From Balanoglossus misakiensis (lineage: Eukaryota > Animalia > Hemichordata), in NCBI GenBank assembly GCA_040954595.2, contig CM082578.2:5314831-5378830 (forward strand): a DNA stretch of 64,000 nucleotides, written 5' to 3'. Positions 13,630 through 25,714 of the stretch are shown piece after piece. Position 1 is the stretch's first letter. Each line of letters opens with the position of its first letter. The notes under the pieces are model-generated. The model had not been told where the DNA came from and ran no database searches. It saw only the letters and a program-made list of their open reading frames with translations. The translations under genes were made by a program, and so were the position numbers.

Positions 13630-14958
13630 TAAGATTTTCATCACTCACATAGGTAGCAAAAACCTAGTTAAGGTAGGGAGAATTCTCGCTTGGCATTACG
13701 TGCGCTGACGGTTGTACTATCTGCAACAGAATCAATGCTGTCCCCAAGAGTTGGTGTTTTCTTCCTGAATACACTTAATACGGTAAACAGCAAATATAAA
13801 ATATTCAATCGCTCGAATAACAACGCGAAATACCTGATGATTCTTTTAAGCTGTCTATACCCTTTCGCAGTTCGCAGACTTTTGTATATTTTAAATTGCG
13901 AAATTCGCACACTAAATGCCGATGTTGTTAGGGACACGTAGCCATGATGTAGCATGCTATTTATTAACCAAAAACTACTTCACACTATACATATATCACC
14001 GACCAAACCAATGTTATTTGACATCGCTATAGCAACTTAACCTATCGATTAAAAGTACTGATTAAGGACAAGACAGCATTGTCTGACACGACCACTTCAC
14101 CCTTCGTTGCAAAGCCTCGACACGAATAACATAGGACAACAACAAAGTAGAGTGCGCCAAAGAAATGCAATGAGTACATTAGCAACGCCACTCAGTCTGC
14201 TGTGTGCGAGTTATCTCGGGGGCCTTGTTATGCATCCAAAACAGAAAGAGACCATACAGTAACATTTACGTTTAAGAGTAAACTATCCTCGCGTAATCTT
14301 GCAATAAAGTTGAACAGCGACACAGCAATTATCTGCGTTTGGCTACTCTTGTTGGCACACAGTTTGGTATATTTAGAAAATCATTGCTAAATGGAAATAT
14401 GTTTTGCCATTTGTGACTTTTTAAAGGCAGTAGTAGGTTCGAAAACGAAACCTGCTGTACCACCATAGCAAGAACATCGACGCACAACACTACTCTACCG
14501 ACCCCCCCCCCCCTTTCAAGATAAAATGGTTCAGTCACCGACAGAAGTTATGGAGTTCAGCGCATTACTGCCCAATTTGAAATAGAAATAAATGACTCTT
14601 GATTGAACTCGGTTCAAGCTAAAGTGTTATTTTGAAGGTTGGTTTTTTTTCAGTTTTCAATAAATGACCTGGAAATATCACGTACATAAATTGTACACAG
14701 TTTTTGCTATATATCAGTAATTTCAACTACTTTGTGATCAAAAGATCTAGAAAGTACTGTCACAATTGCACTGTAGCGATATATTTTGTAAATAAAGATT
14801 TAATATGGTGCCATTTGCATAATTAATTGTAGTTTCGTAGAATTTAATGTAGTTGATTTATAAGACCTTTAATGATATTATAATCAAAAATAGCTCTAGC
14901 CTAATTGTGTTCAGTTTCTATCAGGATTGTGTTATGTCCCGAATATTAGTCGTATCCG

Positions 14959-15267
14959 TCATCGCATATGATCCACATCATCTGCAATGCTCTGGTCCAC
15001 CGTAGAAAGCACTTCGTAGAGGTCTTTCCAGGTTTTATCAAAGGTGGTGTCATCTGCCCTTTTTTTTCAACCACCCATTGATGACTTCTCCCGCTTTCTC
15101 CTCGCCAAGAACGGCGTGTTTGTCCACCTGGGTTGACTCCAATTCCACTCCCAGTTTTTCGGCAAGAGGAAGCCAAATTGGTTTGATTTTCTTCACTATT
15201 GCATGTATGTCCTCCTCGGTAATTGGGTCGGTCTGGCTGCGGCGAGTGGCGTGTCTTTCAGCGGCAA
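14959..15267 (-). pseudogene. Duplicated death-domain terminal exon of the CARD-DD gene with a +1 frameshift in a homopolymer
   Basis: Near-identical to 19184-19491, including the TTTACACAG acceptor, with one extra T in the run at ~15060. Confidence 0.75.
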
Positions 15268-16178
15268 CTGTGTAAAATAATTGCACCAAAATATCAACAT
15301 TTCATGGAGATTAATTTTAAACATAGAGGCAGATGAATACTGCGAAGAAAATAGTTCATAGTTTTCCAAAGTTGAAATTGATCAATATGACATGAAAAAT
15401 TCCGAGAAGGGACGCACAAAATACGGGCTTCTCTCAAATTTTGACTAACTACAGGGTTTTTACTTTGTGCTGGGGGTCGGGTGTCAAACCACATTATAAT
15501 AATTACGTGCGCTGACGGTTGTACTAACTGCAACAGAATCAATGCTGTCCCCAAGAGTTGGTGTTTTCTTCCTGAATACACTTAATACGGTAAACAGCAA
15601 ATATAAAAGATTCAATCGCTCGAATAACAACGCGAAATACCTGATGATTCTTTTAAGCTGTCTATACCCTTTCGCAGTTCGCAGACGTTTGGATATTTTA
15701 AATTGCGAAATTCGCACACTAAATGCCGATGTTGTTAGGGACACGTAGCCATGATGTAGCATGCTATTTATTAACCAAAAACTACTTCACACTATACATA
15801 TATCACCGACCAAAGCAATGTTATTTGGCATCGCTATAGCAACCTATCGATTAAAAGTACTGAGTAAGGGCAAGGCAGCATTGTCTGACACGACCACTTC
15901 ACCCTTCGTTGCAAAGCCTCGACACGACTCTATAATGTGAATAACGTAGGACAAAATACGGGCTTCTCTCAAATTTTGACTACCTACAGGGTTTTTACTT
16001 TGTGCTGGGGTCGGGGTGTCAAACCACATTATAATAATTGCATTCTTGGTAAAAAGTCGACATCTCACATTTGTTATCTGTTTTGTTACAAAGTTTCATT
16101 ATGACCCAGTATCACTTTAGCATATGAACTTCCATTTCCTAAACACGACAAAAATCGGCCATCTTGAAACCATGTCGA

Positions 16179-17791
16179 GTAAACGGAAAGATAGATCAAT
16201 ATCTCCATCATCTATTGATGGTCATACGGGTGATGTTGAAGTGGTTAATATGTGGAAAGACCATTACGAGAATATTTTGACAAAAACTGGAAAAGAGTCC
16301 GCACCTGATTTTATGAACATTGAGTACTGTGATGACATGATTGTATACCATGAAGAAATTTGTGAATTAATTGAGAACCTTAAGACAGGTGCATCGTCGG
16401 GTATCGACATGGTGTCACCTGAGCACCTGAAGTATGCGCCATACAGAGTCAGTGTTCTACTTTCCCTCTGTTTCACGGCTATTTTAATTCATGGCATTGT
16501 TCCCAAACAATTGATGACTACGGTTTTAGTTCCCATTCCAAAAAAAACCAGGTGGTGACATTTGTGACAATTCTAACTACCGTCCTGTTGCTGTTGCAAC
16601 AACGATATCTAAACTGTTAGAGAGAGAGTTTGGTTAAATCGCTGCATGGATTGTCTAACGACTAGCGAGCACCAGTTTGGATTTAAACCAGGTCATGGTA
16701 CCGATATGTCAATTTTTGTTTTTAAAGAAATTTTGAATTATTACAAACGTTGTAACACTCCTGTTTGTGTCACTTTTATGGATGCATCCAAAGCTTTTGA
16801 TTATGTTCGTCATGATATTCTCTTTGTAAAACTTTTGGCGAGGGGTGTCAATCCTTATCTCATTAAGATTTTGTCATACATGTATAGGCACCAAGATTTT
16901 GTGGTGAGATGGAATGGGTTGTTATCTAAACCTTTTCACTCAAAGAATGGGGTTAAACAGGGTGGAATTACGTCACCTATATTTTTCACAGTTTACTTGG
17001 ATGATATTAGCAAAAATCTTTCCGCTCTTCCGTATGGCTGCCTTGTAGGGGACTATAAGGTTAATCATTTAATTTACGCCGATGATTTGGTTATTATATC
17101 TACTGGAGCCTATGGCCAGCAGATGCTTGTTGATACTTGTGGTCATTATGGCAGCATTAACTCAATTTTCTTGAATGAGAAAAAAACAGTCTGTATGTTA
17201 ATTCAACCAAGTATGCGCAGGCTCAGACACGTTCCAATTTATCTGAACGGCCGAATGCTGAATTATGTCAATGTTTATAAATATCTTGGTCACCTTATCA
17301 CTTGTGACCTTAGGGATAATGACGACATTCTAGCTCAAACTCGACAATTTTATGTTCGCGGTAATGCTGTTATTCGTGATTTTAAATTTGCGTCTATCTC
17401 TGTTAAATGCCATTTGTTTTCTGTATTTTGTGATATCCCGTATTGCTCTTACTTATGGAGTGCTTTTTCTGTGTGTATTTTTAATGCAATTAGGAGAGCT
17501 TACTCCCAGGTTTTCCATAAATTGTCTGGTTTTAAACATTATTTTATTCAGAGCAACAGTGCGATGTTTGTTAATCTTTCTATTTTAACTTTTGATGAAA
17601 TACTCCGGAAAAAATCATTAAGCTTTTTAAGCAGACTCCACCTCTCAAGTAATCCACTTGTAGCCAGTGTTTTATCACTATCAGTGTTCTCAAATAGTGG
17701 ACTTTGGAAGGTTTGGAGTAGACGATTGTTTTGATGTTTTTATGGTGTTTTGTTTTGCTATGGATTATTTTATAATCTGAATTAAAGATGA

Positions 17792-17836
<45 letters not shown>
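16179..17836 (+). mobile_element. 5'-truncated RTE-X-like LINE, copy 2 (362-aa RT/C-terminal ORF 16646-17734)
   Basis: Same RT motifs, (AAT)n tail and junctions as copy 1, so it was duplicated along with the segment. Confidence 0.9.
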
Positions 17837-17837
<1 letters not shown>

Positions 17838-19183
17838 TAAGATTTTCATCACTCACATAGGTAGCAAAAACCTAGTTAAGGTAGGGAGAATTCTCGCTTG
17901 GCATTACGTGCGCTGACGGTTGTACTATCTGCAACAGAATCAATGCTGTCCCCAAGAGTTGGTGTTTTCTTCCTGAATACACTTAATACGGTAAACATGC
18001 AGCAAATATAAAATATTCAATCGCTCGAATAACAACGCGAAATACCTGATGATTCTTTTAAGCTGTCTATACCCTTTCGCAGTTCGCAGACGTTTGGATA
18101 TTTTAAATTGCGAAATTCACACACTAAATGCCGATGTTGTTAGGGACACGTAGCCATGATGTAGCATGCTATTTATTAACCAAAAACTACTTCACACTAT
18201 ACATATATCACCGACCAATCCAATGTTATTTGTCATCGCTATAGCAACTTAACCTATCGATTAAAAGTACTGATTAAGGACAAGACAGCATTGTCTGACA
18301 CGACCACTTCACCCTTCGTTGCAAAGCCTCGACACGAATAACATAGGACAACAACAAAGTAGAGTGCGCCAAAGAAATGCAATGAGTACATTAGCAACGC
18401 CACTCAGTCTGCTGTGTGCGAGTCATCTCGGGGGCCTTGTTATGCATCCAAAACAGAAAGAGACCATACAGTAACATTTACGTTTAAGAGTAAACTATCC
18501 TCGCGTAATCTTGCAATAAAGTTGAACAGCGACACAGCAATTATCTGCGTTTGGCTACTCTTGTTGGCACACAGTTTGGTATATTTAGAAAATCATTGCT
18601 AAATGGAAAAATGTTTTGCCATTTGTGATTTTTTAAAGGCAGTAGTAGGTTCGAAAACGAAACCTGCTGTACCACCATAGCAAGAACATCGACGCACAAC
18701 ACTACTCTACCGACCCCCCCCCCCCTTTCAAGATAAAATGGTTCAGTCACCGACAGAAGTTATGGAGTTCAGCGCATTACTGCCCAATTTGAAATAGAAA
18801 TAAATGACTCTTGATTGAACTCGGTTCAAGCTAAAGTGTTATTTTGAAGGTTTTTTTTTTCAGTTTTCAATAAATGACCTGGAAATATCACGTACATAAA
18901 TTGTACACAGTTTTTGCTATATATCAGTAATTTCAACTACTTTGTGATCATAAGATCAAGAAAGTACTGTCACAATTGCACTGTAGCAATATATTTTGTA
19001 AATAAAGATTTAATATGGTGCCATTTGCATAATTAATTGTAGTTTCGTAGAATTTAATGTAGTTGATTTATAAGACCTTTAATGATATTATAATCAAAAA
19101 TAGCTCTAGCCTAATTGTGTTCAGTTTCTATCAGGATTGTGTTATGTCCCGAATATTAGTCTGGTGTGATGTAATCGTATCCG

Positions 19184-22100
19184 TCATCGCATATGATCCA
19201 CATCATCTGCAATGCTCTGGTCCACCGTAGAAAGCACTTCGTAGAGGTCTTTCCAGGTTTTATCAAAGGTGGTGTCATCTGCCCTTTTTTTCAACCACCC
19301 ATTGATGACTTCTCCCGCTTTCTCCTCGCCAAGAACGGCGTGTTTGTCCACCTGGGTTGACTCCAATTCCACTCCCAGTTTTTCGGCAAGAGGAAGCCAA
19401 ATTGGTTTGATTTTCTTCACTATTGCATGTATGTCCTCCTCGGTAATTGGGTCGGTCTGGCTGCGGCGAGTGGCGTGTCTTTCAGCGGCAACTGTGTAAA
19501 ATAATTGCACCAAAATATCAACATTTCATGGAGATTAATTTTAAACATAGAGGCAGATGAATACTGCGAAGAAAATAGTTCATAGTTTTCCAAAGTTGAA
19601 ATTGATCAATATGACATGAAAAATTCCGAGAAGGGACGCACAAAATACGGGCTTCTCTCAAATTTTGACTAACTACAGGGTTTTTACTTTGTGCTGGGGG
19701 TCGGGTGTCAAACCACATTATAATAATTACGTGCGCTGACGGTTGTACTAACTGCAACAGAATCAATGCTGTCCCTACGGCGCGCCAAGTGTTTCAAAAT
19801 TATTTATCATTATTTTATAGAAAATTGATGTCTTTTAACAAAAAAAATACGTAAAAAACACAAAAAACTGATTGGTGGTTTAAAAAACAACGAGTATAAA
19901 AAGTAATCCATCGTGGAGAAAAAAAAACAACAACAACAACAAAAAACTAATACACAGAGAAGAAAATCTCACCTGTTGTCAAAAAAACCCACGAAGCTTA
20001 CCAAAAAAAAAACGTCCACAAGGCAGTTGCAAAAAAAAATCACTTATTTGTCACAAAAAAAACACGCGCATTTTTCACGAAAAGCGCACACTTCATCCCC
20101 ACAAAAAATACACACAAAGTATTAAAAAGAACACTCTTTGAAAAAAAAGAGAGACTACAACTTGAAAAAAATGCACACCCCCAGAACAAACAACACAGGC
20201 AAACATAGAAAAAACACGAACATGTTAGCCATAAAAAACGGAGATATTTGTCACCGAAAAAAACCCGCACTCATGTCACCCCAAAACTAACGGGCCACTT
20301 TAAAAAAACGCAGATGCACTGAGGTTGCAAAAATAAGCACATTTTTAATCCCCCGAAAAAAAAACAGGCAATTTGAAAAAAAAAACCACAGCAATTTGCA
20401 AAAAAAAAAAAAAAAATAGGAACATTTGTCACCCAAAAAAAACAGGCAATTTGAAAAAAAAACGCAGAGCAATTTGCAAAAAAAAAAATAATAGGAACAT
20501 TTGTCACCGAAAAAAACAGGCAATTTGAAAAAAAACGCAGAGCAATTTGCACAAAAAAAAATAATAGGAACATTTGTCACCCCAAAAAAACAGGCAATTT
20601 GAAAAAAAAAACGCAAGAGCAATTTGCAAAAAAAAAATAGATAGGAACATTTGTCACCCAAAAAAACAGGCAATTTGAAAAAAAAAAAACGCAGAGCAAT
20701 TTGCAAAAAAAAAATATATAGGAACATTTGTCACCCAAAAAAACAGGCAATTTGAAAAAAAAAACACGATATAAAATTTGAAAAAAAAAATATATAGGCA
20801 CATTTGTCACCCAAAATATTCAGGCAGATCCAAGTTGTAAAAAATGGTATATTTGTCATCCAAAAAATAAAACAATCGTGTTTAAAAAAACGAGCATTCA
20901 GTTGTAAAAATAAATGATAGTCTTTAACAACTTGAAAAAAACCCGGACGCATTTGAAAGAATAGCGTATGCGCATGCGCCGAAAAAAAAATGAGTGAGAA
21001 ATGCGCTCCAAAAAAAAAAGTGAGAGATTTTGCTAGAGGAGTCTGGGTAATCTTAAAAAAAAAACAGTGTGTGAAAATAAGTTGACTCGAAGAAGAGAAA
21101 AGAAAGGGGAAACACACAAACCGTCACACAGGACAAACAACAGTCTCCTCATCGCCGAGGCGTACGCGTGATGATATGACAAGTGTTTACGTCTGTGAGG
21201 TGGTGTGTATCACTGTATGTGTCGGATAGAGCGCGAGTCGACTAGAATCCGAGTCGACTGAAGGTTACTGCGGTGGACGCGAATATATGGTCGCCATTGT
21301 GGGATTCCTTCGTGAAGGAAGTGAAGCCACTTGTTCGGGACCACATATGACCGGAGCGTTGCGTTTAACATGGTCGAACGAACTGTCATTATGGACAACT
21401 CCTGCTGTAACCTGTGATGCTGAAACGTACAATAACTTTCCATATTCTTTTGTACAGTACACAGAGTTTCAACGCGGATGACGCGGAGACGATCAACTAA
21501 TTATGGACTGAGCGCTAGCGACTCCTTTGGGGTATTTGACCTTTTACCAGCCAAATGTAAACAAACGATTTGCGGTGAATTCATACACATGACAACGATT
21601 TCCCGAAGGTCATTCATACCTCACTTTGAAAAATACAACAAATAACAAACAGTTTCTAAATAAAATATTTTTTTCCCATATTTTTAAGTTGTCAAAACTG
21701 AGCTGATTTTTTGTATAGTTCGCTAGTACTGCACAGAAGACAGTATTAGTTGTGGGCACCATGCCAACTCTTTAATACGTTATGGGCAACGTTCAGTTCT
21801 GCCGTTTGGGGTTTAGATTTGTCTTAAATTTCACGATTTCTGTAGACCAAATCTAGAATAGCAAACCGCGGACGTAGTGCCAGTGGTGTCATGTTTGACT
21901 GTGTGGTATCATGACGGTATCATGTTTATGTGGTCCCGAACAAGTTGCTTCACTTCCTTCACGAAGGAATCCCACAATGGCGACCATATATTCGCGTCCA
22001 CCGCAGTAACCTTCAGTCGACTCGGATTCTAGTCGACTCGCGTTCTATCCGACACATACAGTGATACACACCACCTCACAGACGTAAACACTTGTCATAT

Positions 22101-25100
22101 CATCACGCGTACGCCTCGGCGATGAGGAGACTGTTGTTTGTCCTGTGTGACGGTTTGTGTTTTCCCCTTTCTTTTCTCTTCTTCGAGTCAACTTATTTTC
22201 ACACTCTGTTTTTTTTTTTTTAAGATTACCCAGACTCCTCTAGCAAAATCTCTCACTTTTTTTTTTTGGAGCGCATTTCTCACTCATTTTTTTTTCGGCG
22301 CATGCGCATACGCTATTCTTTCAAATGCGTCCGGGTTTTTTTCAAGTTGTTAAAGACTATTATTTATTTTTACAACTGAATGCTCGTTTTTTTTAAACAC
22401 GATTGTTTTATTTTTTGGATGACAAATATACCATTTTTTACAACTTTGATCTGCCTGAATATTTTGGGGGACAAATGTGCCTATATATTTTTTTTTCAAA
22501 TTTTATATCGTGTTTTTTTTTTCAAATTGCCTGTTTTTTTGGGTGACAAATGTGCCTATATATATATTTTTTTCAAATTTTATATCGTGTTTTTTTTTTC
22601 AAATTGCCTGTTTTTTTGGGTGACAAATGTTCCTATATATTTTTTTTTTTGCAAATTGCTCTGCGTTTTTTTTTTCAAATTGCCTGTTTTTTTTGGGGTG
22701 ACAAATGTTCCTATTATTTTTTTTTGTGCAAATTGCTCTGCGTTTTTTTTTTCAAATTGCCTGTTTTTTTCGGTGACAAATGTTCCTATTATTTTTTTTT
22801 TTCAAATTGCCTGGTTTTTTTTTCGGGGGATTAAAAATGTGCTTATTTTTGCAACCTCAGTGCATCTGCGTTTTTTTTAAAGTGGGTGACATGAGTGCGT
22901 TTTTTTTTTCGGTGACAAATATCTCCGTTTTTTATGGCTAACATGTTCGTGTTTTTTCTATGTTTGTCTGTGTTGTTTGTTCTGGGGGTGTGCATTTTTT
23001 TAAGTTGTAGTCTCTTTTTTTTTCAAAGAGTGTTCTTTTTAATACTTTGTGTGTATTTTTTGTGGGGGTGAAGTGTGCGTTTTTCGTGAAAAATGTGCGC
23101 GTGGTTTTTTTTTGACAAATTAGTGATTTTTTTTGCAACTGCCTTGTGGACGTTTTTTTGGTAAGCTTGGTGGGGGGTTTTTTGACAACAGGTGAGATTT
23201 TCGTCTGTGTGTGTTAGTTTTTTTGTTGTTTTTTGTTTTGTTTTTTGACTCCACGATGGATAACTTTTTACACTCGTTGTTTTTTAAACCACCAATCAGT
23301 TTTTTGCGTTTTTTACGTATTTTTTTTTTGTTAAAAGACATCAATTTTCTATAAAATAATGATAAATAATTTTGAAACACTTGGCGCGCCGTAGCTGTCC
23401 CCAAGAGTTGGTGTTTTCTTCCTGAATAAACTTACGGTAAACAGCAAATATAAAATATTCAATCGCTCGAATAACAACGGGAAATACCTGATGATTCTTT
23501 TAAGCTGTCTATACCCTTTCGCAGTTCGTGTATTTCTCGCCAGATGCCCTTGTGATCGGAGGTACCCACCGACAGTTCGTTCAGTTTCTCGAGGACTGCC
23601 TGTATTTCTTTATGTTCGAAAGAATCTGGGAATGGTGCAACAAGATCAAAGAAAGCAAGATTACTGAGCATGCAAATGTAGAATAAATATCACCATTGCT
23701 CCTTGTGGCATGTTTGTACTTTGGCAATGGCTACAATAGTGCTATTAGGATATACTGTAAGTTATGCCCAAGAAAATTTGATATAGAGCAATTGCACACC
23801 TTTCTATAATGACAATACTTTTAGCTGTTTCATACAGATATCTACCTGTTTGCTGTCTATTTTCATTGAGGCTCTCACAATACTTTTGGAATTTCTTGAA
23901 TTCTTCTGTTAGTGCTTTAATACTTTCCTTTAGGGTGTTTTGTACTTTTTCGTCGGACGACAAGGCTTGAAACATACAGATAGACTCAAATTAGGCATAG
24001 CATGTTTACTGAATACAGATACAGATGTTACATGTATGTATACGGGTGAACGAGGTTTATTCAAAACGTTTATAGTATGTACTGTGTATTACCTTTCTCC
24101 AGGGATGTAAACCGCTCTTGCAACCGATCGATCTTGTCCCTCATGTCACTTCTAAATTCATTGAATTCAAAAGACAGTTTTTCCATTCTTTGTAACACCT
24201 CGCCTTGGTTGTCCATCTTGTCTAGTTTCATTGACATACTTTGCAGTTGTTTCAGAACAAGTTCCATGGGGTCTGGAGTCGGAAAATTGTACGGTTTGGT
24301 TGTCAACACATAAATAATTTATATGAATACCTGGTCGTTCAATCAGACAAGAAAATAAAGTTGTGTAAATCGCTGTCTTGAATTATTTACACTCCTCTTA
24401 GTAAACCTACTTACCAACAGCCTCCTCCGGCATTGCCCTGTTGTGGCCGTTTGGTTTTGGTGTCTCCATAGTTGCACCTGTAAAAATAGCCATTTTGTGT
24501 TTGTAGGTGTGGTAAAATAAGTTTGCAGACATGTCAACCCCTACCAGATTTGTACCTGTATTGAAAACCCCAATACTGAGCCATTGTTTATGTTATACAG
24601 AACAGAACAAGAAAACATAGTTGATACACAAAACAACAACCGAGAAAGTAGCCAAAGTTGGGAGTTACTAGGGCTAGTCGACCCATAAAGACCTTGAACT
24701 TGATGTATATAAAAGCAGTATACACCATTATACGTTGCCTCCTTGTTGTAACACACAAACTGTACATTTTTGTGACAGGATGAGCGAGAATGCACAAATT
24801 CAATAGAAAAAGTGCCTGTTCCGGTGTTTAAACTCTACAAATGGTAATTTCGTGATTAGTATGTTACAGGATTCGAACCCGGACTTAGTGGCAACAAACC
24901 AAGTGACAAGCAAGTTCGCGCACAGACCACCGCGCCAAATCCACATCATAACAAATAAGACCACGACGTAAAGGTCACGCAGGGGTCATCGACATGATAC
25001 TTACGCAAACGTCTATTAATAACATCCCATATCCGGGATACACACACAAGAGGAAGAAAACAATGCAAGAAAAACCATCAAAGTGTAACGTGGCCCTACA

Positions 25101-25714
25101 TGAGAACATGCCATCGAAAAAAGACTTTCATCATCATGTCATAATACATGATCAAGGGTTATATCTTTGAAAATAATGTTTTTTTCACATTAATCTTACC
25201 CCGGATGTGCTCTTCTCTTGTCTGACGTTCTTTCTCCAAAACTTTCAACACTGTATGAGAATGGCCTGTTGCTTTCAGCACCTCGTACAGCTTGTTATAA
25301 CCCTCCGGTGTTTTTCTAAACAGGTCTAGCAAATATGATGCCTTCGCTTCTTGTTTTCGTATCTTAAAATTAAAATAATATCAAAGTGAACATGTACATT
25401 TTGTATTGGAGGTCTTTATTCACACAAACTGATTATAAAGTACCAGTGGTGTAAATCCTTAATAAGGTTTCAACTTTTTTACAATTTGATTTGCAACTGT
25501 TTGTTTAATTATTTCTATCAGGCCGGCATATGAAGCTGAATATTTTGCCATGTACATGGAAGTGAATTTTACTTACATTGATCGAAAAGATATCACCGTC
25601 TCTTATAACGTTTGGGTGGCGTCTTCTTGTGCACTCAACAATTTCTTTAATACGCAAATGATTGGCAAGAAACTGAAAGTTTTCGGAAAGCACTTGTTTT
25701 TGATACAAATTCAT
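19184..25714 (-). CDS. CARD - coiled-coil - death domain adaptor (RAIDD/CRADD-like architecture), 369 aa
   Basis: Seven phase-compatible exons: 25714-25577, 25362-25200, 24477-24415, 24272-24093, 23965-23846, 23625-23488, 19491-19184 (1110 nt, open). CARD reads ...KASYLLDLFRK..GY.KLYEVLKATGH; the middle is heptad-rich; the DD reads ITEEDIHAIVKKIKPIWLPLAEKLGV...VINGWL...TWKDLYEVL. Confidence 0.85.
19776..23393. mobile_element. Foldback (TU/FB-type) transposon with ~1.5-kb inverted arms, in intron 6 of the CARD-DD gene
   Basis: Arms 19776-21347 and 21927-23393 are reverse complements around a ~580-bp spacer, with ~70-bp A-rich tandem subrepeats. TSD is GCTGTCCC (8 bp; or CTGTCC, 6 bp, if the termini extend by one base). 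The empty site AATGCTGTCCCCAAGAG is present at ~13733, ~15541 and ~17942. Confidence 0.95.
24867..24942 (-). mobile_element. tRNA-derived SINE head (Pol III A/B boxes)
   Basis: Minus strand reads GGATTTGGCGCGGTGG (A box) ... GGGTTCGAATCCTG (B box); no clean cloverleaf; intronic. Confidence 0.6.

Larger units (their letters stand above)
11370..19775 (+). repeat. Tandem segmental duplication, ~4.2-kb unit (copy 1 ~11370-15680, copy 2 ~15682-19775) with internal sub-repeats
   Basis: Near-identical sequence at an offset of ~4209-4313 (e.g. ORFs 11915/16124, 14202/18414). Copy 2 lacks ~100 bp present at 11755-11858. Confidence 0.93.

Noticed and set aside
13411-13644. Poly-Tyr ORF (also 17580-17852)
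   Set aside because: Antisense reading of the LINE (AAT)n tail.
11915-17734. RT ORFs as a domesticated or defence-associated reverse transcriptase (retron/DGR-like) acting with the immune genes
   Set aside because: 5'-truncated and frameshifted, with an (AAT)n tail and an identifiable insertion site; an ordinary dead LINE duplicated passively. The apparent N-terminal Met comes from the host repeat.
20360-20815. Regularly spaced ~70-bp repeats resembling a CRISPR array
   Set aside because: No unique spacers, no cas genes, eukaryotic context, and mirrored in the other arm; these are transposon subrepeats.
20040-23404. Many Phe-rich or Lys-rich ORFs
   Set aside because: They are translations of the A/T-tract subrepeats in the foldback arms, not genes.
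24867-24942. Possible tRNA gene
   Set aside because: A and B boxes are present but there is no convincing acceptor/anticodon stem pairing; better explained as a SINE head.
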